Shown in pieces: positions 43,726 through 54,090 of a DNA stretch of 64,000 bases (the stretch's first letter is position 1; each line of letters opens with the position of its first letter). A program made the position numbers and the translations under genes. The notes beneath the pieces are model-generated. The model was not told the origin of the DNA and did no database searches. It saw nothing but the letters and a program-made list of their open reading frames with translations. The stretch is from Vicinamibacteria bacterium (GTDB lineage Bacteria > Acidobacteriota > Vicinamibacteria > Vicinamibacterales > JAENWD01), in the NCBI GenBank assembly GCA_963743245.1, contig CAVUPP010000002.1, forward strand, positions 32,513-96,512. The letters are read 5' to 3'.

Positions 43726-44769
43726 CTATCGCTGAGCGTCCATGATCGCGTCGAGCACTTCGCGCGGGGGCCGCACGCGGTCGGTCGGCAGCTCTGACAG
43801 CGGTTCGTCGACCAGGTTCAGCAGCGAACAGAAGTCGCGCTTCTCGGGCTCGATGTAGAGGAGGCCCGTCGCGTACTCGCCGCGCGCGGCCGTCGCGTGC
43901 AGCACGCTCAGCGCCTGCGCCTTGTTCGTCGGATCGTAATCCTGTGCGAGCTTGGTCAGATGCAGGCGCGACCCGTCGTGCAGCACGACTTCACGCGTGG
44001 TGCCTGGCTCGTATTCGACGGCGATGTCTTCGAAATGCGGAACGTAGTTCAGTTCCGACACCGGCTCCTCGTGATCCTTCACGTAGCTGTAGCTCTTCGT
44101 CGAGCCGTCGTGGTCGTTGAACGTGACACACGGTGACAGGACGTCGAGCATCGCCGTACCCTTGTGCGACAGCGCTGCCTTGAGCAGCGTCAGGAGCTGT
44201 TTCTTGTCGCCCGAGAACGACCGCGCCACGAACGACGCGCCCAGCTCGATGGCCATCACGCACGTATCGATCGGCTGCAGGTCGTTGACGACACCGTTCT
44301 TCAGGGTGGAGCCGACGTCGGCGGTCGGCGAGAACTGGCCCTTCGTGAGGCCGTAGCACCCGTTGTCTTCGATGATGTAGACGAGGGGCAGATTCCGCCG
44401 CATCAGGTGGACGAACTGTCCAATCCCGATCGCGCCCGTGTCGCCGTCCCCGCTCACGCCAATCGCCACGCGCGTCTTGTTCGCCAGCAGCGCACCCGTG
44501 GCGACCGACGGCATGCGTCCGTGGACGGAATTGAAGCCGTGCGCGGATCCGAGGAAGTACGCTGGACTCTTGCTCGAACAGCCAATCCCCGACAGCTTGA
44601 TGACCTGGCGCGCATCGATGCCCAGGTCGAAGCACGCGTCGATCACACGCTCCGAGATGGCGTTGTGCCCGCACCCGGCGCACAGCGTCGTCTTGCTGCC
44701 GCGATAGGCGGTGACTTCGAGTCCGATGCGATTCAGCTTCTTGCCCGGTGTCGGTGCGGTAGTAGACAT
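43726..44769 (-). CDS. korB: 2-oxoacid:ferredoxin oxidoreductase beta subunit (2-oxoglutarate/KorB-type)
   Basis: 347 aa. N-terminal Cys motif CAGCGH and TPP-binding motif GVSGDGDTGAIGIGQFVH...EDNGCYGLTKGQ. Adjacent to korA and sucCD. Confidence 0.88.
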   Translation of the reverse strand: MSTTAPTPGKKLNRIGLEVTAYRGSKTTLCAGCGHNAISERVIDACFDLGIDARQVIKLSGIGCSSKSPAYFLGSAHGFNSVHGRMPSVATGALLANKTRVAIGVSGDGDTGAIGIGQFVHLMRRNLPLVYIIEDNGCYGLTKGQFSPTADVGSTLKNGVVNDLQPIDTCVMAIELGASFVARSFSGDKKQLLTLLKAALSHKGTAMLDVLSPCVTFNDHDGSTKSYSYVKDHEEPVSELNYVPHFEDIAVEYEPGTTREVVLHDGSRLHLTKLAQDYDPTNKAQALSVLHATAARGEYATGLLYIEPEKRDFCSLLNLVDEPLSELPTDRVRPPREVLDAIMDAQR

Positions 44770-44787
44770 GTCTTCTCTCTTCGCTAA

Positions 44788-44892
44788 CAGGCTACGGGCT
44801 ACGGCCTCCAGGCTACGGGTCTGACCCTGAAGCCCTCAGCCCCTCGAGCCTTGCCCCTTACCCCTTGCCCTTAGCCCTTACCCCTTCACCTT
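44788..44892. repeat. Heptanucleotide array hairpin (15 in-phase units)
   Basis: Units caggcta cgggcta cggcctc caggcta cgggtct gaccctg aagccct cagcccc tcgagcc ttgcccc ttacccc ttgccct tagccct tacccct tcacctt. Lies between the korA stop and the korB start. Confidence 0.88.
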
Positions 44893-44905
44893 TGTGAGGG
44901 CCGGC

Positions 44906-46798
44906 CTACTCCCCTCCGACGCCCGACGACGAGCCGCCATCCCGGGCGGTCGCGGCGGCGACCGCCAGGCCCTCCTGCGCGAGGATGCCGTCGGTGACGC
45001 TGCGTGCGTCGATGGGGAGACCGTTGTAGTGGAGCACGCTCCGCACTTTGGCGATCAGGTCAGCGGACAGATGCATGCGGAGCAGCGCCGCCATCTGCGC
45101 ATCGCGATTCTGCTCGACGAGATAGACGCGGTCGTGCTGCCGGATGAAGTCCGCAACGGCATCCACGAACGGATACGCGCGGAGCCGAAGATACGACGCG
45201 GGCAGACCGGCCTCGGTCCGCAGCTGATCGCGGCTTTCCAGAATCGCCCAGTGCGAGGTGCCGTAGGCAATGATGCCGATCCGGGCATCGTCGATCGGGT
45301 CGATTTCCGGTGGCGGGACCAGAGTGCGCGCCGTGTCGAACTTGCGCAGCAGGCGATCCATGTTGCGCGTGTAGTCGTCGGCCCGCTCGCTGTATTGTCC
45401 GCGCTCGTTGTGACCGGAGCCGCGGGCGAAGTACGCCGGCGCATCGCTGCCGGGCACCGAGCGGTACGTGATGCCGTCGCCGTCCACATCCTTGTACCGG
45501 CCCCATTCGCCAATCCGCGCGAGCGTGGCCTTGTCGAGCAGCTTGCCCCGATCGAGCGGACGATCGGGATACGGGAATGGATCCGACATCCAGATGTTCA
45601 TCCCGAGGTCCAGATCGCTCATGACGAAGACCGGCGTCTGCAGGCGCTCGGCCAGGTCAAACGCGTCGAGCGCCATGCTGTAGCACTCGCCCACCGACGC
45701 TGGCAGCAGCATCGGATGCCGCGTATCTCCATGCGACAGGAGCGCCGTCGTCAGAATGTCACCCTGGGCGGTGCGCGTGGGCAGTCCCGTCGACGGGCCG
45801 ACGCGCTGGATGTCGAAGATCACCGCCGGAATTTCAGCGTAGTAGCCCAGGCCGGTGAACTCGCCCATCAGCGAAATGCCGGGCCCCGACGTGGACGTCA
45901 TCGAGCGCGCACCCGCCCAGCTCGCGCCCATCACCATCCCGAGGGCCGCGATCTCGTCTTCTGCCTGGACGATCGCAAAGGTCGCCTTGCCGGTCGCCTT
46001 GTCGATGCGGTACTTCCGCATGTAATCGATCAGCGACTCGCACAGCGAGGAGGATGGCGTGATCGGATACCAGGCGACGACGGTCACGCCGGCCATGAGG
46101 CAGCCGATCGCCGCGGCGGAATTGCCCTCGATCAGGATTTTGCCGGACGTCTTGTCCATTCGCTCGATGTGGAGCGAGTCCTGCTTGGGCAGGTGATCGC
46201 GCGCGTAGTCGAAGCCTGCGCGCAGCGCCGCGGTGTTGAGCACGAGCGCCTTCTGTTTCTTGCCGAGCTGTCTGCCGAGGGCCTTCTCCATCTCGGCCAG
46301 GTCGATATCGATCAGGTGCGCCAGGACGCCGTCGTAGATCATGTTGCGCACGAGACGGCGCAGCTTCGCATCCGGACACACGGCCGCGACCAGCTTGTCG
46401 AACGGAACCGGGTAGAAGAAGAGGTCCGATCGCAGCGAGCGAAGGTTGAGCGGCTCGTCGTAGACGACCGTGGCGCCCGGTTCGAGCGTCAGCGTGTCTT
46501 CCTTCGCCGTCTCCGGATTCATCGCCACGAGAAGGTCGATTTCCTTCTTGCGGCCGACGTAGCCGTCCTTGTTGGCGCGGATCGTGTACCAGGTGGGCAG
46601 GCCGGCGATGTTCGAGGGAAACAGGTTCTTCCCCGAAACGGGGATCCCCATCTGGAAGATGGATCGGATGAGGATGAGGTTCGCCGTCTGGCTGCCCGAT
46701 CCGTTGACGGTTGCGACCTGAATGCTGAAATCGTTGACCACTCGCGGCCGAGCCACTGCTGAGGCGTCAGCCTGGCTGGCGAGATCCGTGGATGACAT
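44906..46798 (-). CDS. korA: 2-oxoacid:ferredoxin oxidoreductase alpha subunit (KorA-type, fused gamma/alpha domains)
   Basis: Start taken at MSSTDLASQ (630 aa). Typical KorA regions include VNDFSIQVATVNGSGSQTANLIL and AWYPITPSS. Confidence 0.88.
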   Translation of the reverse strand: MSSTDLASQADASAVARPRVVNDFSIQVATVNGSGSQTANLILIRSIFQMGIPVSGKNLFPSNIAGLPTWYTIRANKDGYVGRKKEIDLLVAMNPETAKEDTLTLEPGATVVYDEPLNLRSLRSDLFFYPVPFDKLVAAVCPDAKLRRLVRNMIYDGVLAHLIDIDLAEMEKALGRQLGKKQKALVLNTAALRAGFDYARDHLPKQDSLHIERMDKTSGKILIEGNSAAAIGCLMAGVTVVAWYPITPSSSLCESLIDYMRKYRIDKATGKATFAIVQAEDEIAALGMVMGASWAGARSMTSTSGPGISLMGEFTGLGYYAEIPAVIFDIQRVGPSTGLPTRTAQGDILTTALLSHGDTRHPMLLPASVGECYSMALDAFDLAERLQTPVFVMSDLDLGMNIWMSDPFPYPDRPLDRGKLLDKATLARIGEWGRYKDVDGDGITYRSVPGSDAPAYFARGSGHNERGQYSERADDYTRNMDRLLRKFDTARTLVPPPEIDPIDDARIGIIAYGTSHWAILESRDQLRTEAGLPASYLRLRAYPFVDAVADFIRQHDRVYLVEQNRDAQMAALLRMHLSADLIAKVRSVLHYNGLPIDARSVTDGILAQEGLAVAAATARDGGSSSGVGGE

Positions 46799-46864
46799 GT
46801 GTAACGCGTCCTGGGCTCGATAGAGGAGGCGGCGCGGCAGCCGCAAATCACTGGTCGGACCAGA

Positions 46865-46870
46865 ATTATA
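46865..46870 (-). promoter_or_regulatory. Candidate -10 box (TATAAT on minus strand) upstream of korA
   Basis: The plus strand reads attata, which is TATAAT on the minus strand, about 67 nt upstream of korA ATG 46798. TTGAAG lies upstream but with only a 13-nt spacer. Confidence 0.25.
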
Positions 46871-46966
46871 CCGTGGCTGGGGCCTTCAATGCGCGGGCGG
46901 CCCAGCAATTGGGCCGTTGAGGCGGGTGAAGCGGCCTTTCTCGACGGCCACCTGGCCGGTCGCGAC

Positions 46967-47050
46967 GGGCTTTGGGCCCTCGGCTTTCGGCTTTGAGATC
47001 AGCCGAGCGCTGCCGGAGTGAGCCCAACGCCTAGAGCCGAGAGCCGCCCT
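46967..47050. repeat. Heptanucleotide array hairpin (12 in-phase units)
   Basis: Units gggcttt gggccct cggcttt cggcttt gagatca gccgagc gctgccg gagtgag cccaacg cctagag ccgagag ccgccct, just after the sucD stop. Confidence 0.8.
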
Positions 47051-47058
47051 CTCGTGCG

Positions 47059-47934
<876 letters not shown>

Positions 47935-47936
47935 AT

Positions 47937-48034
47937 CAGGGCTTCGGCCTACAGGCGACAGGCGACAGGCCGCAGAGGGCCCATTGCCGGAAAGGTCCGC
48001 AGCCTGCAGTCTGAAACCCGCAGCCTGCGGCGAA
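47937..48034. repeat. Heptanucleotide array hairpin (14 in-phase units)
   Basis: Units cagggct tcggcct acaggcg acaggcg acaggcc gcagagg gcccatt gccggaa aggtccg cagcctg cagtctg aaacccg cagcctg cggcgaa. It fills the sucC-stop to sucD-start gap. Confidence 0.85.
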
Positions 48035-48035
48035 G

Positions 48036-49197
48036 TCAGCGCGCAGCGGCGACCACTTTCTCAGCCGCGTCTCCCATCCCATCGGCGTTGGCGAAGTTCA
48101 GCCCGCTCTCCGCCAGCAACCGCTTGCCTTCTTCGACGTTGGTCCCTTCCATCCGGATGACGATGGGCACTTTGACGTCGAGCTCTTTGACGGCCGCAAT
48201 CACGCCTTGTGCGAGGACGTCGCAGCGCAGGATGCCGCCGAAGATGTTGATGAGCACCGCGCGGACGTTCTTGTCGGCCATCAGGATCTTGAATGCGTTC
48301 CGGATCTGCTCCGCGTTCGCGCCGCCGCCGACGTCCAGGAAGTTCGCCGGTTCCCCACCCGCCAGCTTGATGATGTCCATCGTCGCCATGGCCAGGCCTG
48401 CGCCGTTGACCATGCAGCCGATGGAGCCGTCAAGACGGATGTAGTTGAGCGAGAACTTCGACGCTTCAATTTCGAGGTGATCCTCCTCGGCCAGATCGCG
48501 AAACTCGCGGATGTCGGGGTGGCGGTAGAGGGCGTTGTCGTCAAAGTTCATCTTGCCATCGAGCGCGAGCAGGTCGCCAGCGCCCGTGACGATGAGCGGA
48601 TTGATTTCGACGAGCGAGGCGTCGGTGCCGACGAACGTGTTGTAGACGGCGGTCATCACCTTGCCGGCCTTCCGCACCTGCGCGCCGTCGAGTCCGAGGG
48701 CGAAACCAATCTTGTTCGTCTGGAACGGAATCAACCCGGTCGCGGGATTCACGTGCTCGCGGATGATCTGCTCGGGAGTCTTCGCCGCCACTTCTTCGAT
48801 GTCCATGCCACCAGCGGCGCTGGCCATGATGATCGGGCGCATGGCGCTTCGATCGAGCAGGATGCTGAAGTACAGCTCGCGCGCGATCTGCAGGCCCTCT
48901 TCGATCAGGACGCGCGAGACGACTCGGCCTTCGGGGCCTGTCTGGTGCGTCACGAGCGTCATGCCGAGCATGTCGCGAGCGATCCGTGCCGCCTCGTCCG
49001 GATTCTTCGCCAGCTTGACGCCACCGCCCTTGCCACGCCCGCCGGCATGAATCTGAGCCTTGACGACGACCGTGCCACCACCGAGGCGGCGAGCGATCTC
49101 ACCGGCTTCGTCCGGCGTGAGCGCGACCTCGCCGCGGGGCACGGGGACGCCGGTACTGCTTGAAGAGCGCTTTGGCCTGATACTCGTGAATTTTCAA
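48036..49197 (-). pseudogene. sucC: Succinate--CoA ligase beta subunit, one +1 frame change 15 codons after the start
   Basis: TTG 49197 gives [15 protein letters not shown], the canonical SucC N-terminus. The rest ([16 protein letters not shown]...VVKAQIHAGGRGKGGGVKL...) is in the frame of ORF 48036..49142. Deleting one g of gg at 49152/49153 restores [25 protein letters not shown]. Confidence 0.92.
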
Positions 49198-49460
49198 GGT
49201 GAGTGTCCGTGGGAAGCTGGGATCGACCGGTCACGCCACACTCGTCGGACGGTCGAGCGGATCGGCGACGCGGGCAGTGCCGGATGGTAGTCGGCGGCTT
49301 CCGCGTCCGTCAAGCCGCTTCGTTCCTCGGCATGTCTCCTCCGCCTCGCTCGGCCTCAGGTATGTGACGTGCTCACCTCTACGGCGAACGCTGTAGACGC
49401 GTGTAACGAAGATTCGGGGTGTGACAGCCGGTGACCTGTCCGTCTACGTCTCAGAATCGC

Positions 49461-50058
49461 TCATTCCACACGTGCCAGGAGAAGACTCGCCAGCCGATCG
49501 GCCTGGCCCCGCAGGCGCGCCGCATCAGTCCCGGGAGCCGGTGCGGCGGCCCCCCGTGATTCCGCGAAGACAAGGACCTGGTGATCGTCGAAATAGGTTC
49601 GCCGTTCCCACGCGGTCAGCCCCATGAAATTGCGCCAATGGTCCTTTGGCGCGGTTTCGTCGAAGTAGACGAAGGTCTCGTACGCCATCAGAAGCGAGTC
49701 GCGGGCACGGTAGGTACTCAACGGAGTACTTGCCGGTGGCCGTCCAGCTGCTTGCCACGATCCGGCCGATTGCGCGATCCAGAACGACGCCGGTCGCCTC
49801 CGTTCCCAGCGATCCGTCGGGACCCACAGAGCTGTCGCGAACGAGGGCGAACACCTGATGTGCGCCGTGCTGTGTGGCCGCTTCGTAGATGGGCCGGGTG
49901 CGCGCCTCGACTGAGGCACGACTGGCCGCGTCTCCAGAGGTTCGAACTGCCTCTTGCGCGGCGACTGCTTGTGCGCCCGCTGCCTCGGAGGCGGGCGTCA
50001 GCACGATCGCCACTGCGCACATCAAGACAGCGGTTCGCTGGCTGACTGAACGCAGCAC
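49461..50058 (-). pseudogene. Secreted hypothetical protein, one +1 frame change
   Basis: GTG 50058 is preceded by GGAGGTGA. Signal peptide VLRSVSQRTAVLMCAVAIVLTPASEAAGAQA. The frame of ORF 49525..50136 runs to ...WTATGKYSVEY, then continues in the frame of ORF 49461..49919 (YRARDSLLMAYETFVYFDETAPKDHW...). Deleting one g of gg at 49713/49714 joins them. Confidence 0.55.
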
Positions 50059-50258
50059 CGTCACCTCCAGGCGATCTCGAGTCGGATGCGGTCGCGGCGG
50101 ATAGACCTGTTCGTCAGCTCGGTGTGAGCATGACATCCAGCTGGCGACCCTCCACTGACGGACACCGACAAGACGTCGTGCTGCCTTCGACCGTTAACAT
50201 GGAGCGTCTTCTCCCGAGAGGTCTGCGGTTAGCCGGAAGTTGTCGGGATTCCAGAAAG

Positions 50259-51503
50259 TCAGTCCGTCAGGTCCTTCAGATCCGGTTCGAACCGCTCGTC
50301 GCTCTTCACAATCTCATCCCAGGTCACCACGGCGTTCTTGTACGCCGCGGTCCGCCCGAGGATGGTCACGAGCGTGCTGCGAACGCTTTCGGGCACCGTG
50401 GGGTTCGTGTAGTCGCCGTTGACGATGGCGTTGTGGAACGTCGCGATGTTGGTGACCGCACCTTGCTCGTAGATGGTCGGCGTCTCGCCGCCGCGATAAA
50501 AGTGCTTGCCGCGGATCAGTACCTGCCCGCCATACTCGGTTTCGAGCACGCCCTCGGTGCCGAACATGCGGTTCCGGATGCCTTCGGGCCGCGTACCCTC
50601 GCCGTTGAACTGACGGGAGCTGAACGTCACGCCCACGGCGTCCGCATATTGGTACACGACAGTGAACGTGTCGTAGCACGTGCCCACCGTGCGGTACTTC
50701 CGTCCGCCGGTGCCGTACGCCGACAGCGGCGGCTTCCCCATGATCCAGCTCGCCACATCGAGTGTGTGGATGTTCTGCTCGGTGATGATGTCGCCCGAGA
50801 GCTCTCTCGACAGGCCCCAGCCTCGCAGGAGGCCCTCCGGAGTACCGGCCTTCACGAGGTCGGCCTTGTCTTCGAACGGATCCTCGGCGTGATACGTGGA
50901 CTCGCCGAAGGCAAACGTCCCGATCGCGCCGTCGTGCACGCGGCGCAGCGCTTCGATGAAGAAGTCGTTGGCGCGTGTCTGGAAGTCGACCAGAAAGCAC
51001 TGCTTGTTTGCGGACGCCTTGGCAGCGCTCTCTTCGATGCTCGTGCAGCCCGGCGCATCGACCGCGATTGGCTTGGCGAGGTAGACGTGCTTCCCCGCCG
51101 CGACGGCCGCCGCGGCCTGCATCGGGTGGAAGTACGGCGGACTGATGATCGCGACGGCGTCCAGCGGCTGCTCCAGAAGCCGCTTATACGCCGACAGGCC
51201 CGTGAATCGGCTAGAGGCGGCCACCTTCAGCTTGTCGCCCGCCTCGGTGACGCGGTCCTCGAAGTAGTCCGCGAGCGCGACGACGTCGTAGCCACCGTGC
51301 TTCTGGAACAGGTCGGCGATCCAGGTCCCGCGTCCGCCGCAGCCGATGAGCCCGAGCGTCACCTTCGAGTTGGCCGTGCTCGCACGAACGAGCTCGGGCT
51401 TGATGATGGAGACACCAAGCGCCGCCGCGCCGGTATTCGCCAGGAAGCGGCGGCGCGAGAGACTCCTCGTCTTAGAGGGATTGAGATCCTGCGGCACGGA
51501 CAT
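50259..51503 (-). CDS. Gfo/Idh/MocA-family oxidoreductase with twin-arginine signal peptide
   Basis: Tat motif SRRRFLANTGAAALG. Rossmann GLIGCGGRG. Conserved family region AGKHVYLAKP. Confidence 0.85.
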   Translation of the reverse strand: MSVPQDLNPSKTRSLSRRRFLANTGAAALGVSIIKPELVRASTANSKVTLGLIGCGGRGTWIADLFQKHGGYDVVALADYFEDRVTEAGDKLKVAASSRFTGLSAYKRLLEQPLDAVAIISPPYFHPMQAAAAVAAGKHVYLAKPIAVDAPGCTSIEESAAKASANKQCFLVDFQTRANDFFIEALRRVHDGAIGTFAFGESTYHAEDPFEDKADLVKAGTPEGLLRGWGLSRELSGDIITEQNIHTLDVASWIMGKPPLSAYGTGGRKYRTVGTCYDTFTVVYQYADAVGVTFSSRQFNGEGTRPEGIRNRMFGTEGVLETEYGGQVLIRGKHFYRGGETPTIYEQGAVTNIATFHNAIVNGDYTNPTVPESVRSTLVTILGRTAAYKNAVVTWDEIVKSDERFEPDLKDLTD

Positions 51504-51617
51504 CTGATTGCTCCAGCTCGGGAAGGCGCGTCCCCGGTCCGCCGGGGCAGCGTCATCAATCTATCACTCGTCTCGGCCGGTGCCGGATTCCATGTCCTCG
51601 AGAACGACGACCCGCGC

Positions 51618-53546
51618 TCAGCGAGCGCCAGCTTCAGGCAGCGCGAACGCCAGGACCATGTCGCCCTGTTTGGTCCCGAGCTTGCCATGGCCGCCGGCGG
51701 CGATCACCACGTATTGGCGTCCGTCGATCGCATACGTCATCGGCGTGGCCTGCCCGCCGGCTGGTAACTGGTACGCCCAGATCTCCGCTCCCGTCGCGGA
51801 CTCGAAGGCGCGCAGGTAGCCGTCGGCCGCCGCCGCGGTGAAGACCAGGCCACCCGCAGTCGCTATCGGCCCGCCGAGATTGATCGCTCCGGTCGCGGCA
51901 CCCGGGAGGTACGAACCCAACGGCGTCTGCCACTTGATCTCGCCCGAGAAGAGATCGACCGCGGACGTGGTGCCCCAGGGCGGCGCATTGCAGGGCGTTC
52001 GGCCGGGCGAGAACAGGAATGTACGATACATCCCGTACGGCGCACCCTTCTGCTCGGCGAACTCTCCGTAGATCCGGTTGTCCTGTTCGGCCTTCGTCTC
52101 GTCGGCGTAGCGTTCGCGTGGAATCAGCTTGACCCACGCCACCAGACGGTTCGTGTTCACGAACATCAGATGGCTTCGTGGATCGTATGCCGCGCTTCCC
52201 CAGTTCACGCCGCCCACGTTGCCAGGCACCACGACCGTGCCCCCGAGACTGGGCGGTGTGAAGATGCCTTCATTGCGCGAGGCCGCGAGCTTGTCCGCGC
52301 ACCATTGCCGATCCTCAGGCGTCTTGCCCCATGCGCTCTCGGCGGTGAAGCGCTCCGGCACGAGCGAAATCGTCGAGAACGGCTGGGTCGGCGCGCTTTG
52401 CTCACCGGGGATGCGACTCTGCGGCACCGCACGCTCGGTCACGGGCAGGAGCGGTCGTCCGGTGAGGCGGTTGAGGACGAAGACGTGCCCCATCTTCGTG
52501 TTGATCGCGATGGCCGGCGTGCCGTCCTTCCACGCAAACAGCATGGGCTGCGACGCGACGTCGTAGTCCCACAAATCGTGATGCACGACTTGGAAGCCCC
52601 AAGCCGGCGTGCCGGACGAGGTGCGGAGCGCAACGACGGAATTCGCCCACTTGTTGTCGCCGGGGCGAAGACCGCCGAAATAGTCGGGGCTCGCGCTCCC
52701 GGTCGGGACGTACACAAGGTGGTGCGCGGCGTCCACCGACAGGGTGGACCACGCGTTTCCGGCACCAGTGCGCGGCTGCGTACGCGCCGCCCATGGAATC
52801 GGGTCCCACGTCCAGCGAAGACGCCCGGTGCGCGCGTCGAACGCACGCACGATCCCACGGCCGACGTCCACCTTCCAGTTGTCCGCGATCGACGATCCGA
52901 CGATCACGAGACCGTCCACGACCGCCGGCGCCGACGTCACCTGGTAGCCGCCACGCCACTCGGGAGTCGTTGACCCCTCCGCCGCGAGGTCGATCTGGCC
53001 TTCGTTACCAAAGTCCTTGCAGAGCGTTCCCGTCGCCGCATCCAGCGCGATCAGTCGCGCATCGAGCGTGCCGAGAATGATGCGACCCGAGCAGGCCTGG
53101 TCCGCGCGTGCGTTCGGATCGCGCCACGCCGACACGCCGCGAGACGTCACCTCGGAGTAGCTCTTCTGCAGATTGACTTCCGGATCGTAGGACCAGGCTC
53201 TTGCGCCGGTGACCGCATCAATCGCGAGGACGACGTCGTAGGGAGTCGTGATGTAGAGCCGGCGTCCGATGAGAATGGGCGTCGCCTCGAATGCGGCCTT
53301 TCGATCGAGCGCCGTCGCCGTATCAGCCGCGCCGGTGTGATGGGACCAGGCGACCTTCAGCCGCGAGACGTTCGCCGGCGTGATCTGCGCAGCCGACGAG
53401 TACCCGGTACCCGCGGGATCTCCGCCATAGCTTGCCCATCCGTTACTCTGGGGTGTCTCCGCCCGGCCCGCCAGGACCAGAACGATGCCGCCGGCGAGGA
53501 CGGACTGCCACCAGCGGCTACCCCGGCTCCGTAGATCCCCGTTCAT
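51618..53546 (-). CDS. PQQ-dependent dehydrogenase (glucose/quinate/shikimate-type quinoprotein), N-terminal TM anchor
   Basis: 642 aa. N-terminal hydrophobic anchor, then the typical start GWASYGGDPAGTGYSSAAQITPANVSRLKVAW, followed by beta-propeller repeats with recurring W motifs. Confidence 0.8.
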   Translation of the reverse strand: MNGDLRSRGSRWWQSVLAGGIVLVLAGRAETPQSNGWASYGGDPAGTGYSSAAQITPANVSRLKVAWSHHTGAADTATALDRKAAFEATPILIGRRLYITTPYDVVLAIDAVTGARAWSYDPEVNLQKSYSEVTSRGVSAWRDPNARADQACSGRIILGTLDARLIALDAATGTLCKDFGNEGQIDLAAEGSTTPEWRGGYQVTSAPAVVDGLVIVGSSIADNWKVDVGRGIVRAFDARTGRLRWTWDPIPWAARTQPRTGAGNAWSTLSVDAAHHLVYVPTGSASPDYFGGLRPGDNKWANSVVALRTSSGTPAWGFQVVHHDLWDYDVASQPMLFAWKDGTPAIAINTKMGHVFVLNRLTGRPLLPVTERAVPQSRIPGEQSAPTQPFSTISLVPERFTAESAWGKTPEDRQWCADKLAASRNEGIFTPPSLGGTVVVPGNVGGVNWGSAAYDPRSHLMFVNTNRLVAWVKLIPRERYADETKAEQDNRIYGEFAEQKGAPYGMYRTFLFSPGRTPCNAPPWGTTSAVDLFSGEIKWQTPLGSYLPGAATGAINLGGPIATAGGLVFTAAAADGYLRAFESATGAEIWAYQLPAGGQATPMTYAIDGRQYVVIAAGGHGKLGTKQGDMVLAFALPEAGAR

Positions 53547-53586
53547 CGGGCCCTATTATCCACGGACATCGCCGGCGGTCGCCCGA

Positions 53587-54012
53587 TCACTGCCTCGTGA
53601 GACGAATGGGCTTCGGGACCGGAATGCCATTCGCCGCGAGCTCCTCGCGATCCGCATCATTCACCAAGAACCGCAGTTCGGCGCTGCCACCATCGAGCAA
53701 CCTGAACTCGAAGCGATCCGTGTCCGCCCCGTCCTTCCGCGCAAAACTCAGGATCGCCCCGCGCAGCGTCACGTCGAAGATCGGCGTCAGGCTTTGCGGC
53801 GGCTCCGCCGCGCGCTTGACGGCACCTTCTGCATCGACCTCGATGTTGCCAATACTGATACCGCCAACCGTCGCCCCGTTCGCGATCTGGAGCTCGAGCT
53901 TGAGAAACGTCGGACCCTCGAACTGTGCCGTCCACAGGCCTGCGATCGATCCATCGACGGCCTGGAATCCCGCGGATGCCACCATCGTCTCGACCAGGAG
54001 CAGCGTCTTCAT
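53587..54012 (-). CDS. Secreted hypothetical protein
   Basis: Start at MKTLLLVETMVASAGFQA (short signal-like N-terminus). 141 aa of normal composition. No motif recognised. Confidence 0.45.
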   Translation of the reverse strand: MKTLLLVETMVASAGFQAVDGSIAGLWTAQFEGPTFLKLELQIANGATVGGISIGNIEVDAEGAVKRAAEPPQSLTPIFDVTLRGAILSFARKDGADTDRFEFRLLDGGSAELRFLVNDADREELAANGIPVPKPIRLTRQ

Positions 54013-54090
54013 GGATCCTCCGTATGGAGCGTTAGACGGCGGCCAAGTGCAGGCGGCTGTCACGTCGCCTGAAGGCGGTATGCTCTCCGG

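Noticed and set aside
44894-46762. 622-aa plus-strand ORF, and similar long antisense ORFs at 28229-29704, 38661-40427, 21395-22801, 50124-51767, 57011-58507, 13007-14173, 30324-31496 and 47194-48444
   Set aside because: Each lies opposite a gene with strong conserved motifs (korA, ppdK, aspS, rarA, Gfo/Idh/MocA, esterase, VWA, glyS, sucD/sucC). All are Arg/Ala/Gly/Pro/His-rich with no recognisable domains.
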